Shown: piece after piece, positions 9,945 to 19,044 of the stretch
How positions within the stretch are numbered: position 1 is the first letter of the stretch
How the letters are laid out: each line of letters starts with the position of its first letter
Assembly: GCA_027622665.1 (NCBI GenBank)
Contig: JAQBYT010000006.1
Location: 32,001 to 96,000 of the forward strand
Reading direction: 5' to 3'
Source: Verrucomicrobiota bacterium
GTDB lineage: Bacteria > Verrucomicrobiota > Verrucomicrobiia > Opitutales > Seribacteraceae
DNA length: 64,000 bases
Program-made: the position numbers and the translations under genes
Notes under the pieces: generated by a model
Database searches by the model: none
The model's input: only the letters and a program-made list of their open reading frames with translations
What the model was told of the DNA's origin: nothing

Positions 9945-11291
9945 CTAGCGCCGTTCCTTGGCGAATACGACTTGGCGGCCACGAACTTGGTCGCGGACTT
10001 GGCCGTCGCGATAGGCGATTTTACCGGAGGCGATGGTGGCGGCAATGCGGGAGCGAAAGCTTTGGCCATCGAAGGGAGACCATCCGCATTTGGATTGGAG
10101 GGTGTTTGGCGTGACGTGGGTTTCGGAGTGGGTGTCGACCAACACGAGATCGGCCCAGTGCCCTTCGCGGAGGAATCCCCGCTCTTGAATGCCGAACAGG
10201 CGGGCGGGTGCGTGGCAGGCTCGCTCCACTATGGTTTCGAGGGTGAAGACGCCGTCGCGCCAAAGCTCTAGAAGGATTAGCAGCGAGTGTTGAACCAGAG
10301 GTAGACCTGATGGAGCTTGAAAGTAGGAGGACTCCTTCTCCTTGAAAGTGTGAGGCGCGTGGTCGGTTGCGATTACGTCTATCCGACCATCGTTGACTGC
10401 CTTGCGGATGGCTTGGCAATCGGAAGGTTTCTTGATGGCGGGGTTGCATTTCACCAGAGATCCATGGGTGGCGTAGGCGGAGTCGTCGAAGTGAAGGTGA
10501 TGAACGCAGGCTTCGGCGGTAATGCGTTTTTCGTCAACGGGACCTACTTCGAAAAGGTCGAGCTCTTCGGCTGTCGTAATATGGAGGACATGCAGTCGGG
10601 CGTTGTTTCGGCGAGCCAGTTCTACGGCGAAGGTGGAGGAACGCAAGCAGGCTTCGCGGGAACGGATTTCGGGGTGGGCGGAGAAGGGAACCTCATCTCC
10701 GAGCCGCTCTCGAAAGGCTTTTTCGTTTTCGAGGATGGTAGGAGAATGCTCGCAGTGAGTGGCGATTGGGGTAGGGGCGTGCCGGAATATTTCCTCCAGC
10801 GCGGTTTCATCGTCCACCAGCATGTCGCCCGTGGATGAACCCATAAAGATTTTTACGCCTGCAATTTCTTCGGGAGGCGCTGTTTTTACATCCTCGATGT
10901 TGGTGTTGGTTGCGCCTAGATAAAAGGAGTAGTTGACGGCGGAGTCGCGAGCGGCGATGGCGAGCTTGTCGCGTATTCGCTCCATCGAGGTGGTGGGTGG
11001 CACCACGTTTGGCATCTCCATGAAGGTGGTTACGCCGCCTGCCGCCGCGGCCCGAGACTCGGAAGCGATGGTGCCTTTGTGGGTGTGGCCGGGTTCCCGA
11101 AAATGGACTTGATCGTCGATTAGGCCGGGGAGCAGGTAATGATCTGCGGCATCGATCGTTTCGTCTGCCGTGACGGCCGAAAGGTCGCTTTCTATTCGAG
11201 AGATACGGCCGTAGCTATCGACTAAAACATCTTGTTCCTCGATTGTGCCTTCGTTGACGAGTTTGGCTCCGAGAATGAGGAGGCTACCCAT
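9945..11291 (-). CDS. pyrC: dihydroorotase (amidohydrolase superfamily)
   Basis: PGLIDDQVHFREPG, GGVTTFMEMPN, KIFMGSSTG, KCNPAIK, IATDHAPH, SKCGWSPFDG. Start is ATG 11291. Confidence 0.93.
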   Translation of the reverse strand: MGSLLILGAKLVNEGTIEEQDVLVDSYGRISRIESDLSAVTADETIDAADHYLLPGLIDDQVHFREPGHTHKGTIASESRAAAAGGVTTFMEMPNVVPPTTSMERIRDKLAIAARDSAVNYSFYLGATNTNIEDVKTAPPEEIAGVKIFMGSSTGDMLVDDETALEEIFRHAPTPIATHCEHSPTILENEKAFRERLGDEVPFSAHPEIRSREACLRSSTFAVELARRNNARLHVLHITTAEELDLFEVGPVDEKRITAEACVHHLHFDDSAYATHGSLVKCNPAIKKPSDCQAIRKAVNDGRIDVIATDHAPHTFKEKESSYFQAPSGLPLVQHSLLILLELWRDGVFTLETIVERACHAPARLFGIQERGFLREGHWADLVLVDTHSETHVTPNTLQSKCGWSPFDGQSFRSRIAATIASGKIAYRDGQVRDQVRGRQVVFAKERR

Positions 11292-11293
11292 TC

Positions 11294-11830
11294 CTAACGG
11301 TTCCAAGGGAAGATAGCGAGTATGCGGGCGAGACCGCAAAACCCGGTTAGACCGGAAAAGACTAGGCCTGCTCCAAAAAATGCGGGTGCTGCTAGCCAGC
11401 GTATGTCTTCGGAAAAATAGCAGGCTGCAGTACCTGCTATTACGAGAATGCCGATAGCTATACGAACTTGACGGTCAAGTGGTATGCCTTTTCCACCTGC
11501 CCCATCTACGGGCATTCCTTCGTGGCTCCAGTTGTCGAGCCCACCCGTAAGCAAGTAAATGTTTTCCATGCCTTCCTTCGACAGTTTCTTGGCCGCTTTA
11601 TCTGCCCTTACTCCTGATTGGCAAGTGATGCATAGGGGGATACCGATTTTCGAGGTTTTAAGCTGGGCGATCGTTTCGTTGTCGAGCGAGCTGAGCGGAA
11701 TGTTTTCTGAATCCGCGATTCGTTCTTTACGAAACTCGGCGTGGGAGCGCACATCGATTATCCGAACGGCGCCATCAGCAATACGTTGAGCGAGAGCGCG
11801 AGGAGAAAAAGTCGAACTTGGAGAGCTCAT
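11294..11830 (-). CDS. rhodanese domain protein with C-terminal DUF2892 (YgaP-like)
   Basis: IIDVRSHAEF, active-site CQSGVRA, LTGGLDNW; C-terminal PLDRQVRI...FSGLTGFCGLARILAIFPWNR. Confidence 0.92.
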   Translation of the reverse strand: MSSPSSTFSPRALAQRIADGAVRIIDVRSHAEFRKERIADSENIPLSSLDNETIAQLKTSKIGIPLCITCQSGVRADKAAKKLSKEGMENIYLLTGGLDNWSHEGMPVDGAGGKGIPLDRQVRIAIGILVIAGTAACYFSEDIRWLAAPAFFGAGLVFSGLTGFCGLARILAIFPWNR

Positions 11831-13111
11831 TTATTTGGTCTGCCCGTTACCTCGGACTTGGTATTTATAGGTGCACAGTTCCCTCAAGCCCATGGGGCCG
11901 CGGGCGTGAAGGCGGTCGGTGGAAATACCGATTTCGGAACCTAGGCCGAACTCAAATCCATCGGTAAAGCGGGTGCTGGCGTTCCAATACACCGTGGAGG
12001 TGTCGATGGCTGCGAGGAAGCGTTCGGCGGTAAGTTCGTCGGTGGTGACTATCGCATCGCTATGGCCACTCCCGTAATGGTTTATTACATCGATAGCATC
12101 TTCTAATGAATCGACGATTTTGATCGATAGAATGAGGTCGAGGAACTCGGTATGGAAGTCTTCTTCGGTGGCTTCTCCGACCGTAAGTGATGGGCGAGCA
12201 TCATTCAGGATCGAACGGGCCTCGGCGTCTGCCCGCACTTCGCAGTTCGACTCGGCGAGAGCATCTAGGGTCTCAGGGAGAAAGGCGGAGGCTATCTCGC
12301 GATGTACGATGAGATTCTCGATGGCGTTGCACACTCCCGGGCGCCCGCACTTGGCCGTAATCGCTATTTTTCTAGCTAAATCAAGATCGGCTTTAGAGTC
12401 GACGTATAGGTTGCAGACACCCTTGTAGTGTTTGATCACGGGGATTCGACTGTGTTCGGTGACGAACCGAATGAGGGCTTCGCCTCCCCGAGGAATGATG
12501 CAGTGTATATTCTCGTCCTGCTTGAGCAAGTGGTTGAGGGCCTCGCGATCCGTGGTGGGAATTAAAAGGACGGCGTCTTGCGGGACATCCGTTTCTTCTA
12601 AAGCATCCCGTACCAGTTCGGCTAAGGCTGAATTTGAATGAAAGGCTTCCTTCCCTCCACGAAGAATAGACGCATTACCCGACTTCAGGCAGAGCGACGC
12701 ACAGTCGATGGTAACGTTTGGTCGGGATTCGTAGATAATGCCGATAACACCTATTGGCACACTAACTTTACGAATGTCGAGGCCATTGGGCCTGATTGAG
12801 CTTTCGATCACTTGACCTACCGGGTCGGGCAAGGCGGCGACTTGTCGTACGCCTTCAACCATTCCCGCAATTCGATCGGGCGTTAGTCTGAGTCTGTCGA
12901 TTAAGGCGTCAGGGAGGCCGTTTTTCTGGCCTGCGTCTAGGTCGAGTTCGTTTTTTCGGATCAGGGTCGCAGCTCGTTTTTCAATCAAGAGAGCGATACT
13001 TTCAAGCGCGGCGTTTTTCTTCTCGGCGGATAGGGTCCCCAAGATGAACGAAGCCTTGCGTGCCCTTTGGGCTAATTCACTTACTTGGCTCTCTATATTT
13101 TCAGTTGTCAT
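11831..13111 (-). CDS. proA: gamma-glutamyl phosphate reductase
   Basis: VPIGVIGIIYESRPNVT, LKSGNASILRGGKEA, IPRGGEALI, CNAIE, NASTRFTDGFEFGLGSEIGIST, HARGPMGL. Confidence 0.97.
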   Translation of the reverse strand: MTTENIESQVSELAQRARKASFILGTLSAEKKNAALESIALLIEKRAATLIRKNELDLDAGQKNGLPDALIDRLRLTPDRIAGMVEGVRQVAALPDPVGQVIESSIRPNGLDIRKVSVPIGVIGIIYESRPNVTIDCASLCLKSGNASILRGGKEAFHSNSALAELVRDALEETDVPQDAVLLIPTTDREALNHLLKQDENIHCIIPRGGEALIRFVTEHSRIPVIKHYKGVCNLYVDSKADLDLARKIAITAKCGRPGVCNAIENLIVHREIASAFLPETLDALAESNCEVRADAEARSILNDARPSLTVGEATEEDFHTEFLDLILSIKIVDSLEDAIDVINHYGSGHSDAIVTTDELTAERFLAAIDTSTVYWNASTRFTDGFEFGLGSEIGISTDRLHARGPMGLRELCTYKYQVRGNGQTK

Positions 13112-13200
13112 GAAAAATTAGATTCAATCATACGTCGAATATCCGTTTGGGGAAAGAATGAATCTCAATTTGGTTTTACAATCGATAAAGGATATCCTTC

Positions 13201-13245
13201 AAAACAGAAGGCGTGGAGCTCACATGAACCCCACGCCTCCTATTT
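13201..13245 (-). terminator. intrinsic terminator downstream of the EF-hand gene
   Basis: Minus strand AGGAGGCGTGGGGTTCA-TG-TGAGCTCCACGCCTTCT-GTTTT: long stem with G:U pairs followed by a short U-tract. Confidence 0.7.
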
Positions 13246-13264
13246 GAACAGTGTCTTCTTGAGA

Positions 13265-13744
13265 TTATTTTTCCGTCGTTTTCTTTTTTCCGGGACGTTT
13301 GCCGGCTTCGCGACCCGGTCGTCCGCCCCGATTTTTCCTCATTTCCGCGAAGGCTGCCTTTCGCTCTTCTTCGTTGAGTTTTCCGTCCCCGTCCTTGTCG
13401 AACTTTTCCACCATCTCCTTGCGACGTTTTTGCCCCTCTTCGCGAAGAGCGGCTCTTTCTTCTTCATTCAGTTTGCCATCTCCGTCCTTGTCGAACTTCT
13501 TTATGAGTTCGGCCGGAGGTCTGGGAGGACGCCCGCCGCCGAATGATTTTCTAGCTTCCGCTCTTTCCTCTTCGCTAAGCTTCCCGTCGCCATCTTTGTC
13601 GAACTTCTTGAGAATTGCTTCTCTATTAGGTGGGGCTCCTCGTTGCGAGGTGGGTTTTCGTTCTTTTTGGGCCGGTTTGTCTTCCGCACAGAGACCACCG
13701 AGTCCAAATGCAAGGGTTAAGCTGATTATGAGTATTTTTTTCAT
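13265..13744 (-). CDS. secreted EF-hand calcium-binding protein
   Basis: Signal peptide and three KFDKDGDGKL(S/N)EEER EF-hand loops. Confidence 0.9.
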   Translation of the reverse strand: MKKILIISLTLAFGLGGLCAEDKPAQKERKPTSQRGAPPNREAILKKFDKDGDGKLSEEERAEARKSFGGGRPPRPPAELIKKFDKDGDGKLNEEERAALREEGQKRRKEMVEKFDKDGDGKLNEEERKAAFAEMRKNRGGRPGREAGKRPGKKKTTEK

Positions 13745-13932
13745 GGGTTTGATGATTGGTTGTTCTTTGATTTCACGAAAGCCAATTGTTAATGGCCTTA
13801 CTGATAATATGTTGTAACTGATTTATGTGACGAAAAGTTTCAACAAACTTCTCGTTGCGTTGATAAGGAGACATCTGAGCTTCATCTCTTAATTTCCTTG
13901 ATTGAAAGTCAGAAGTTGATCTTATTACCAGA

Positions 13933-16900
13933 ATGCGCGCAACCCTCTTTGCGACTGTTTCAGTTCTTATCTTCACTTTCAGCCTTTCCTGCTTCGCGGC
14001 GAAAGAAGGATTAGAAATTCGCCCATTGCTTCCTCGAAAAGCCTCTGGCTCAACTTTATTTTCCTTGTTGGCCGATAACGCGACTGGTGTTGGTTACGTC
14101 AAGAACGCCCTTTCGAAAAAGCTACTTTTGCGTTTGCATGAAAGTCCTTCTTTTTCGGATAAACCGGGTATACTTGGCGTGTGCTCGGGAGATTTTGACG
14201 GGGACGATCTGCCCGACCTATTTTTTTCCTATCCCTATGGCGGTCATCGTCTTTTTCGTAACTTGGGTGGTTTTCGCTTCGAAGACGTAACTGAAAATGT
14301 TGGCCTTCGTGAAACCGTGGCCGATCACTGGGGAGTCGGTTGCTGTTTTGTCGATCACGACGGCGACGGCGATCTCGATATATTTGTGGCGGGTTCTGGA
14401 GATGTTAACTTGTTATTGGATAATCGGGACGACGGATCTTTTCGCAATATTGCAAAGAAGTTAGGCATTGCTCACGAAGGCGCCAACGTACAGATGGCTT
14501 TCGCAGACTATGATCTGGACGGTGATCTGGACGGTTACTTGGTGACCAATCGCGAAACCCATCTGCCCCCGGCTCCCAAGGGCTTGCGTGTCGAGGTTAC
14601 ATTCCGCAAAGGCATCCCCGTAATCGAGGAGAAGTACCGTGAGCGGTATGACGTCGTCTTCCATCCCACGGATCGCTTGTATGTGACTGAGGCGGGTGAA
14701 TACGATCACCTTTTTCGAAACGACGGATCCCGATTTAAGGATGTCAGCGAAGAAGTTGGTTTACTCGGTACCGATCAAGGTCTTTCCGCATCTTGGTTTG
14801 ATTATGACGATGACGGTTTTCCCGACCTTTACGTAGCCAATGACTTTTTCGGGCATGATCGTCTTTACCACAATAAGAGAAACGGTAGTTTCGAGGAAGT
14901 TGCCCGTGATGTGCTACCGCATACTCCTTGGTTTTCCATGGGGACCGATGTCGCCGACGTAAACAACGATGGCCTTTTCGACTTGATGGGATCCGATATG
15001 GCGGGTTCCGGTCACTACAAATCTAAAATCGGTATGGGAGACATGCAGAAAAGCAGTTGGTTTCTAACCACCTCGCATCCACCTCAATACATGCGCAACG
15101 CCCTCTATCTTAATGCGGGCAGAGGACGCTTTCTCGAGGTCGCTCAACTTGCTGGTCTAGCTAATACCGATTGGACTTGGTCTCTCAAGTTTGCCGATCT
15201 CGACAACGATGGCCGAATCGATCTCTTTGGAACGAACGGCATGGTTCACGACCAAACAAATTCCGATCTGAAGTCTCGGGCCGAGTCCTTCGAGCTGCCA
15301 GCTGAAAAGGCCGCCTTCTGGCAAAAGACTCCTCCCAAGCGCGATCGGAATTTTGCTTTTCGCAATCTAGGTGATCTCCGTTTTGCATCTGTTGGGGCTA
15401 AATGGGGGCTCGACTTCAACGGGGTCAGCTATGGCGCGGCCATAGCCGATTTTGATGGCGATGGTGATCTCGACCTCGCGGTAGCGTCGCTGGAGGATCC
15501 TGTTCGTCTCTACCGCAACGAGTCGAAAACCGGTCACCTGATAAAAATTCGTTTAAAAGGTAGGAAGCGAAACAGTCACGGGATTGGCGCCAAGGTCACG
15601 ATTCAAACGGAGGTCGGTATCCAAGCTCGCTATCTCAACTCTTGCCAAGGTTATGCCTCGGCAAACGATCCGATCATTCACTTTGGGGTTGGGGATGCAA
15701 CAGTCATCAAACGACTTACGGTTCGCTGGCCTTTGGGCCTCAAGCAAACCTTTGAGAATCTTCCAGTGGATAAGTTTTTCGTTATTTCCGAGCCATCCGA
15801 AGCCGAATCTTCTCCTTCTTCTCCGGAACCTTTGCCCCTGCTGGTTGCCTCCAACGCGTTGTCCGCCTTTCAACACAAGGAAAATGATTTTGACGACTTT
15901 AAGCTTCAACCGCTTCTTCCTCATCGGCTCTCTCGATTTGGTCCTGGAATGGCTTGGGGCGACGTCGATTTCGATGGAGACGAAGACATCTTTCTCGGCG
16001 GAGCTTCGGGACAGCCTTCCGTCCTAGCGCTTAATGATGGTAACGGAACTTTCACCCAAAAGAAATTACCTTACTTCGAGAACGAGCAACTTCTCCCCTT
16101 TGAGGATATGGGAGCCGTGTTTCTTGACGCGGATTCCGATGGTGATCTTGATCTCTACGTTGTCAGTGGCGGTTTCGACCCTCGGCCTAAACCTCTCTAC
16201 CTCCGGGATCGCCTTTATCTTAATGATGGAAAGGGGCAGTTGACTCTCGACTTGGACGGAACTCCCAACATTCGAGACAGCGGAGGCCCCGTCGCTGCAG
16301 CAGATTTCGATCGGGATGGTGACCTTGACTTGTTCGTAGGAGGAAGAGTGGTTCGTGGACGTTATCCGACTACCCCGAACAGTCGACTCTTGCGCAACGA
16401 CAACGGAAAGTTTGTGGATGCGACCGACCTTCTTGCTGTTGGTCTTGGAACTACGGGTATGGTTACGGGAGCCTTGTGGAGTGACTTCGACGGCGACGGT
16501 TGGCTCGACCTGTTGGTGACTCGCGAATGGGGTCCCGTTGGCGTGTGGAAAAATTCGGGAGGCAAGCTTACCAACGTTTCGGTCGCGGCCGGCACTGCCG
16601 AGCTGCTAGGCTGGTGGACTGGAATTGCCGCCGCAGATATAGATGAGGATGGGGATATGGACTACGCCCTAGGCAACCTTGGTCTCAATTCAAAATATCA
16701 TGCTTCCAAGGAAAAACCTTACTTGGCCTATTTCGGCGACCTTGATGGTTCCGGAGTTCACCGATTCGTAGAAGCCTGTCACGAGGGAAACTCACTTTTT
16801 CCTGTACGTGGCAAAAGTTGCTCCACTCATGCCATGCCTTCACTAGCCAAGAAGTTCTCGACTTTCCATGCTTTCGCTTCCGCCGGGCTGCATAAAATTT

Positions 16901-17595
16901 ATGCTCCAAGTCGATTGAAATCCGCTCTGCGGCTAGAAATCAACGAACTCGCTTCCGGTTGTCTCATTAACGATGGCAAAGGTCGCTTGACTTTCCGTGC
17001 CTTGCCTAGGATCGCACAAGCCTCAACTGTCTTCGGCATCGCCTTTGGCGACATCGATTCCGACGGTCATCAGGATCTCGCCCTTGCCCAAAACTTTTTC
17101 TCGCCGCAACCTGAAACCGGGCGAATTGACGGTGGTCTCGGTCTAGTCCTTCGCGGCAAAGGGGACGGAACCTTCCTTCCTCTCCGACTAGACCAAAGTG
17201 GCTTTCTTCTCCCCGGCGACGCCAAGGCCCTCGCCCTCACCGATCTCAATGGCGATGCTCGACCGGAAATTGTTGCTACCGTGAATTCCTCCAGTCCAAA
17301 GGTTTTCCTGAATAAGGTTGCCTCGGGCAAGCCCCTTGCTGTTCGTCTCACTGGTTTCAAAGGCAACCTTCGTGGCATTGGCTCTCGAGTCACCCTCCAT
17401 TTGAAAAGCGGGAAATCCTTAGTCGGTGAAATTGCATCGGGTAGCAGCCATCTCACCGGAGGTTCCCCCGCGCTTTTTTTAGCTATTCCAGAGGGAGAAT
17501 CGGCGATAGGAGTTACTGTTCGTTCTCCTCTGGGCAAGGTTTCAAGGCATGAAGTTCCCTCAGGAGTCTCTGAATTAGCTCTCCAATTGGATTGA
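13933..17595 (+). CDS. CRTAC1-like FG-GAP/VCBS repeat protein with ASPIC/UnbV domains
   Basis: Signal peptide; many DxDxDGxxD repeats; ASPIC/UnbV segments (GIGAKVTI...GYASANDPIIHFGVG...VRWP, and a degenerate second copy at the C-terminus). Confidence 0.93.
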   Translation: MRATLFATVSVLIFTFSLSCFAAKEGLEIRPLLPRKASGSTLFSLLADNATGVGYVKNALSKKLLLRLHESPSFSDKPGILGVCSGDFDGDDLPDLFFSYPYGGHRLFRNLGGFRFEDVTENVGLRETVADHWGVGCCFVDHDGDGDLDIFVAGSGDVNLLLDNRDDGSFRNIAKKLGIAHEGANVQMAFADYDLDGDLDGYLVTNRETHLPPAPKGLRVEVTFRKGIPVIEEKYRERYDVVFHPTDRLYVTEAGEYDHLFRNDGSRFKDVSEEVGLLGTDQGLSASWFDYDDDGFPDLYVANDFFGHDRLYHNKRNGSFEEVARDVLPHTPWFSMGTDVADVNNDGLFDLMGSDMAGSGHYKSKIGMGDMQKSSWFLTTSHPPQYMRNALYLNAGRGRFLEVAQLAGLANTDWTWSLKFADLDNDGRIDLFGTNGMVHDQTNSDLKSRAESFELPAEKAAFWQKTPPKRDRNFAFRNLGDLRFASVGAKWGLDFNGVSYGAAIADFDGDGDLDLAVASLEDPVRLYRNESKTGHLIKIRLKGRKRNSHGIGAKVTIQTEVGIQARYLNSCQGYASANDPIIHFGVGDATVIKRLTVRWPLGLKQTFENLPVDKFFVISEPSEAESSPSSPEPLPLLVASNALSAFQHKENDFDDFKLQPLLPHRLSRFGPGMAWGDVDFDGDEDIFLGGASGQPSVLALNDGNGTFTQKKLPYFENEQLLPFEDMGAVFLDADSDGDLDLYVVSGGFDPRPKPLYLRDRLYLNDGKGQLTLDLDGTPNIRDSGGPVAAADFDRDGDLDLFVGGRVVRGRYPTTPNSRLLRNDNGKFVDATDLLAVGLGTTGMVTGALWSDFDGDGWLDLLVTREWGPVGVWKNSGGKLTNVSVAAGTAELLGWWTGIAAADIDEDGDMDYALGNLGLNSKYHASKEKPYLAYFGDLDGSGVHRFVEACHEGNSLFPVRGKSCSTHAMPSLAKKFSTFHAFASAGLHKIYAPSRLKSALRLEINELASGCLINDGKGRLTFRALPRIAQASTVFGIAFGDIDSDGHQDLALAQNFFSPQPETGRIDGGLGLVLRGKGDGTFLPLRLDQSGFLLPGDAKALALTDLNGDARPEIVATVNSSSPKVFLNKVASGKPLAVRLTGFKGNLRGIGSRVTLHLKSGKSLVGEIASGSSHLTGGSPALFLAIPEGESAIGVTVRSPLGKVSRHEVPSGVSELALQLD

Positions 17596-17604
17596 GTTGC
17601 CCCT

Positions 17605-19017
17605 TCATTTCGCCGGTAGCTCCAGATCGAGATACTCGCAGGCGTTTTGATAGCAAATCCGCTGGACGATATCGCCGATCATTTCCGGTTCGTTCGGCAC
17701 GAAACCGTCCTTCATCCAGCCTCCCAGAAGGTTGCAAAGAATCCTTCGGAAATACTCGTGGCGAGGGAAGGAAAGGAAAGATCGCGAGTCGGTCAGCATG
17801 CCCACGAAACGGGAAAGCAATCCCAAGTTGGCCAAGGTCTTGAGCTGTTCCTCCATCCCGTCCCTCTGGTCGAGGTGCCACCATCCGGAGCCGAACTGCA
17901 TCTTTCCGGGAAGCCCACCTTGGAAATTGCCCAGCATGGCGGCCACCGTAAAATTGTCCGACGGGTTGTTGTTGTAGACGATGGTCTTGGGCAGGGAGTC
18001 TTCCCGATCCAAGCAGTCGAGGAAGTGGGACATCCTTTCCGCCTGCGGCCAATCCCCGACCGAGTCGGCCCCCGCATCTGGGCCGAAGGATTTCAGCAAG
18101 CGGCTAGAGTTGTTGCGCAAGGGACCCAAGTGCACTTGCATCGTCCATCCCTTCTCTGCGTAGAGTCGGGCGAGTCGGAGCATGACGAAGGCTCCGAATT
18201 GTTCTTCTTCCTCACGGAGAGCGTCCTTCCCATCCAAGGTGTTTTGGAAAATCCTCTTCGCATCCCGGTCGTTCGGGAAGTCGCAAAAGAAATAGGGAAA
18301 GCTGTGATCCGAGATGCGGGACCCGAGTTCGTGAAAGTCCTCAATCCTTTTCTCGAGGGCGGCGACGAAGTCGTCCAGATTGGTGATGGAAAGCCCGGTG
18401 GTAGCCTCGAGCTTTTGCAACCATTGACCAAAGGCGTTGGCGTTGCCTATGCCCCACGCCTTGTCCGGCCGGAAGGTTGGGTAGACTGCGGTCTCGATTT
18501 TCGGATTTTCCCTGATCGCCTGATGATGGTCGGTCGGGTCGGCCGGGTCGTCGGTCGTGCAGAGTGCCTTGACTTGAAAGCGCCTCAACATGCCTCGGGC
18601 GGAAAAGGAAGGGTCGTCCAGTTGCTCGTTGGCCCGGTCCCAAATCTCCTCTGCGGTATCGGGACCGAGGAGCAGGTCGATCCCGAAGCAGCGCTTCAAC
18701 TCCAAATGGGTCCAGTGGTAGAGTGGGTTGCCCAGGGTGTGGGGAATCGTGGCCGCCCAAGCCAGGTATTTTTCCTTTGGGTTCCCGTCTCCCGTGACGA
18801 GCTCCTCGCTCGTTCCGTTCGCCCGCATTGCCCGCCACTTGTAATGGTCTCCTTCGAGCCAAATTTCGGAGAGGTTGGCGAACCTTCGATCCTTTGCAAT
18901 TTCTCCGGGCGGGAGGTGGTTGTGAAAGTCGAGGATCGGTTCGTCCTCTGCATAGTCGTGGTAAAGGGCGACCGCTTCGTCGCCAGTCAGCAGGAAGTCT
19001 TCGTCAAGGAAGCTCAT
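17605..19017 (-). CDS. uxaC: glucuronate isomerase
   Basis: PILDFHNHL, GDHYKWRAMRANG, GNPLYHWTHLEL, CTTDDP, PTFRPD, QFGSGWW, GMLTDSRSFLSFPRHEYFRR. Confidence 0.97.
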   Translation of the reverse strand: MSFLDEDFLLTGDEAVALYHDYAEDEPILDFHNHLPPGEIAKDRRFANLSEIWLEGDHYKWRAMRANGTSEELVTGDGNPKEKYLAWAATIPHTLGNPLYHWTHLELKRCFGIDLLLGPDTAEEIWDRANEQLDDPSFSARGMLRRFQVKALCTTDDPADPTDHHQAIRENPKIETAVYPTFRPDKAWGIGNANAFGQWLQKLEATTGLSITNLDDFVAALEKRIEDFHELGSRISDHSFPYFFCDFPNDRDAKRIFQNTLDGKDALREEEEQFGAFVMLRLARLYAEKGWTMQVHLGPLRNNSSRLLKSFGPDAGADSVGDWPQAERMSHFLDCLDREDSLPKTIVYNNNPSDNFTVAAMLGNFQGGLPGKMQFGSGWWHLDQRDGMEEQLKTLANLGLLSRFVGMLTDSRSFLSFPRHEYFRRILCNLLGGWMKDGFVPNEPEMIGDIVQRICYQNACEYLDLELPAK

Positions 19018-19044
19018 GAGGGAGTGGTTTGTACGCGGGGTTGT

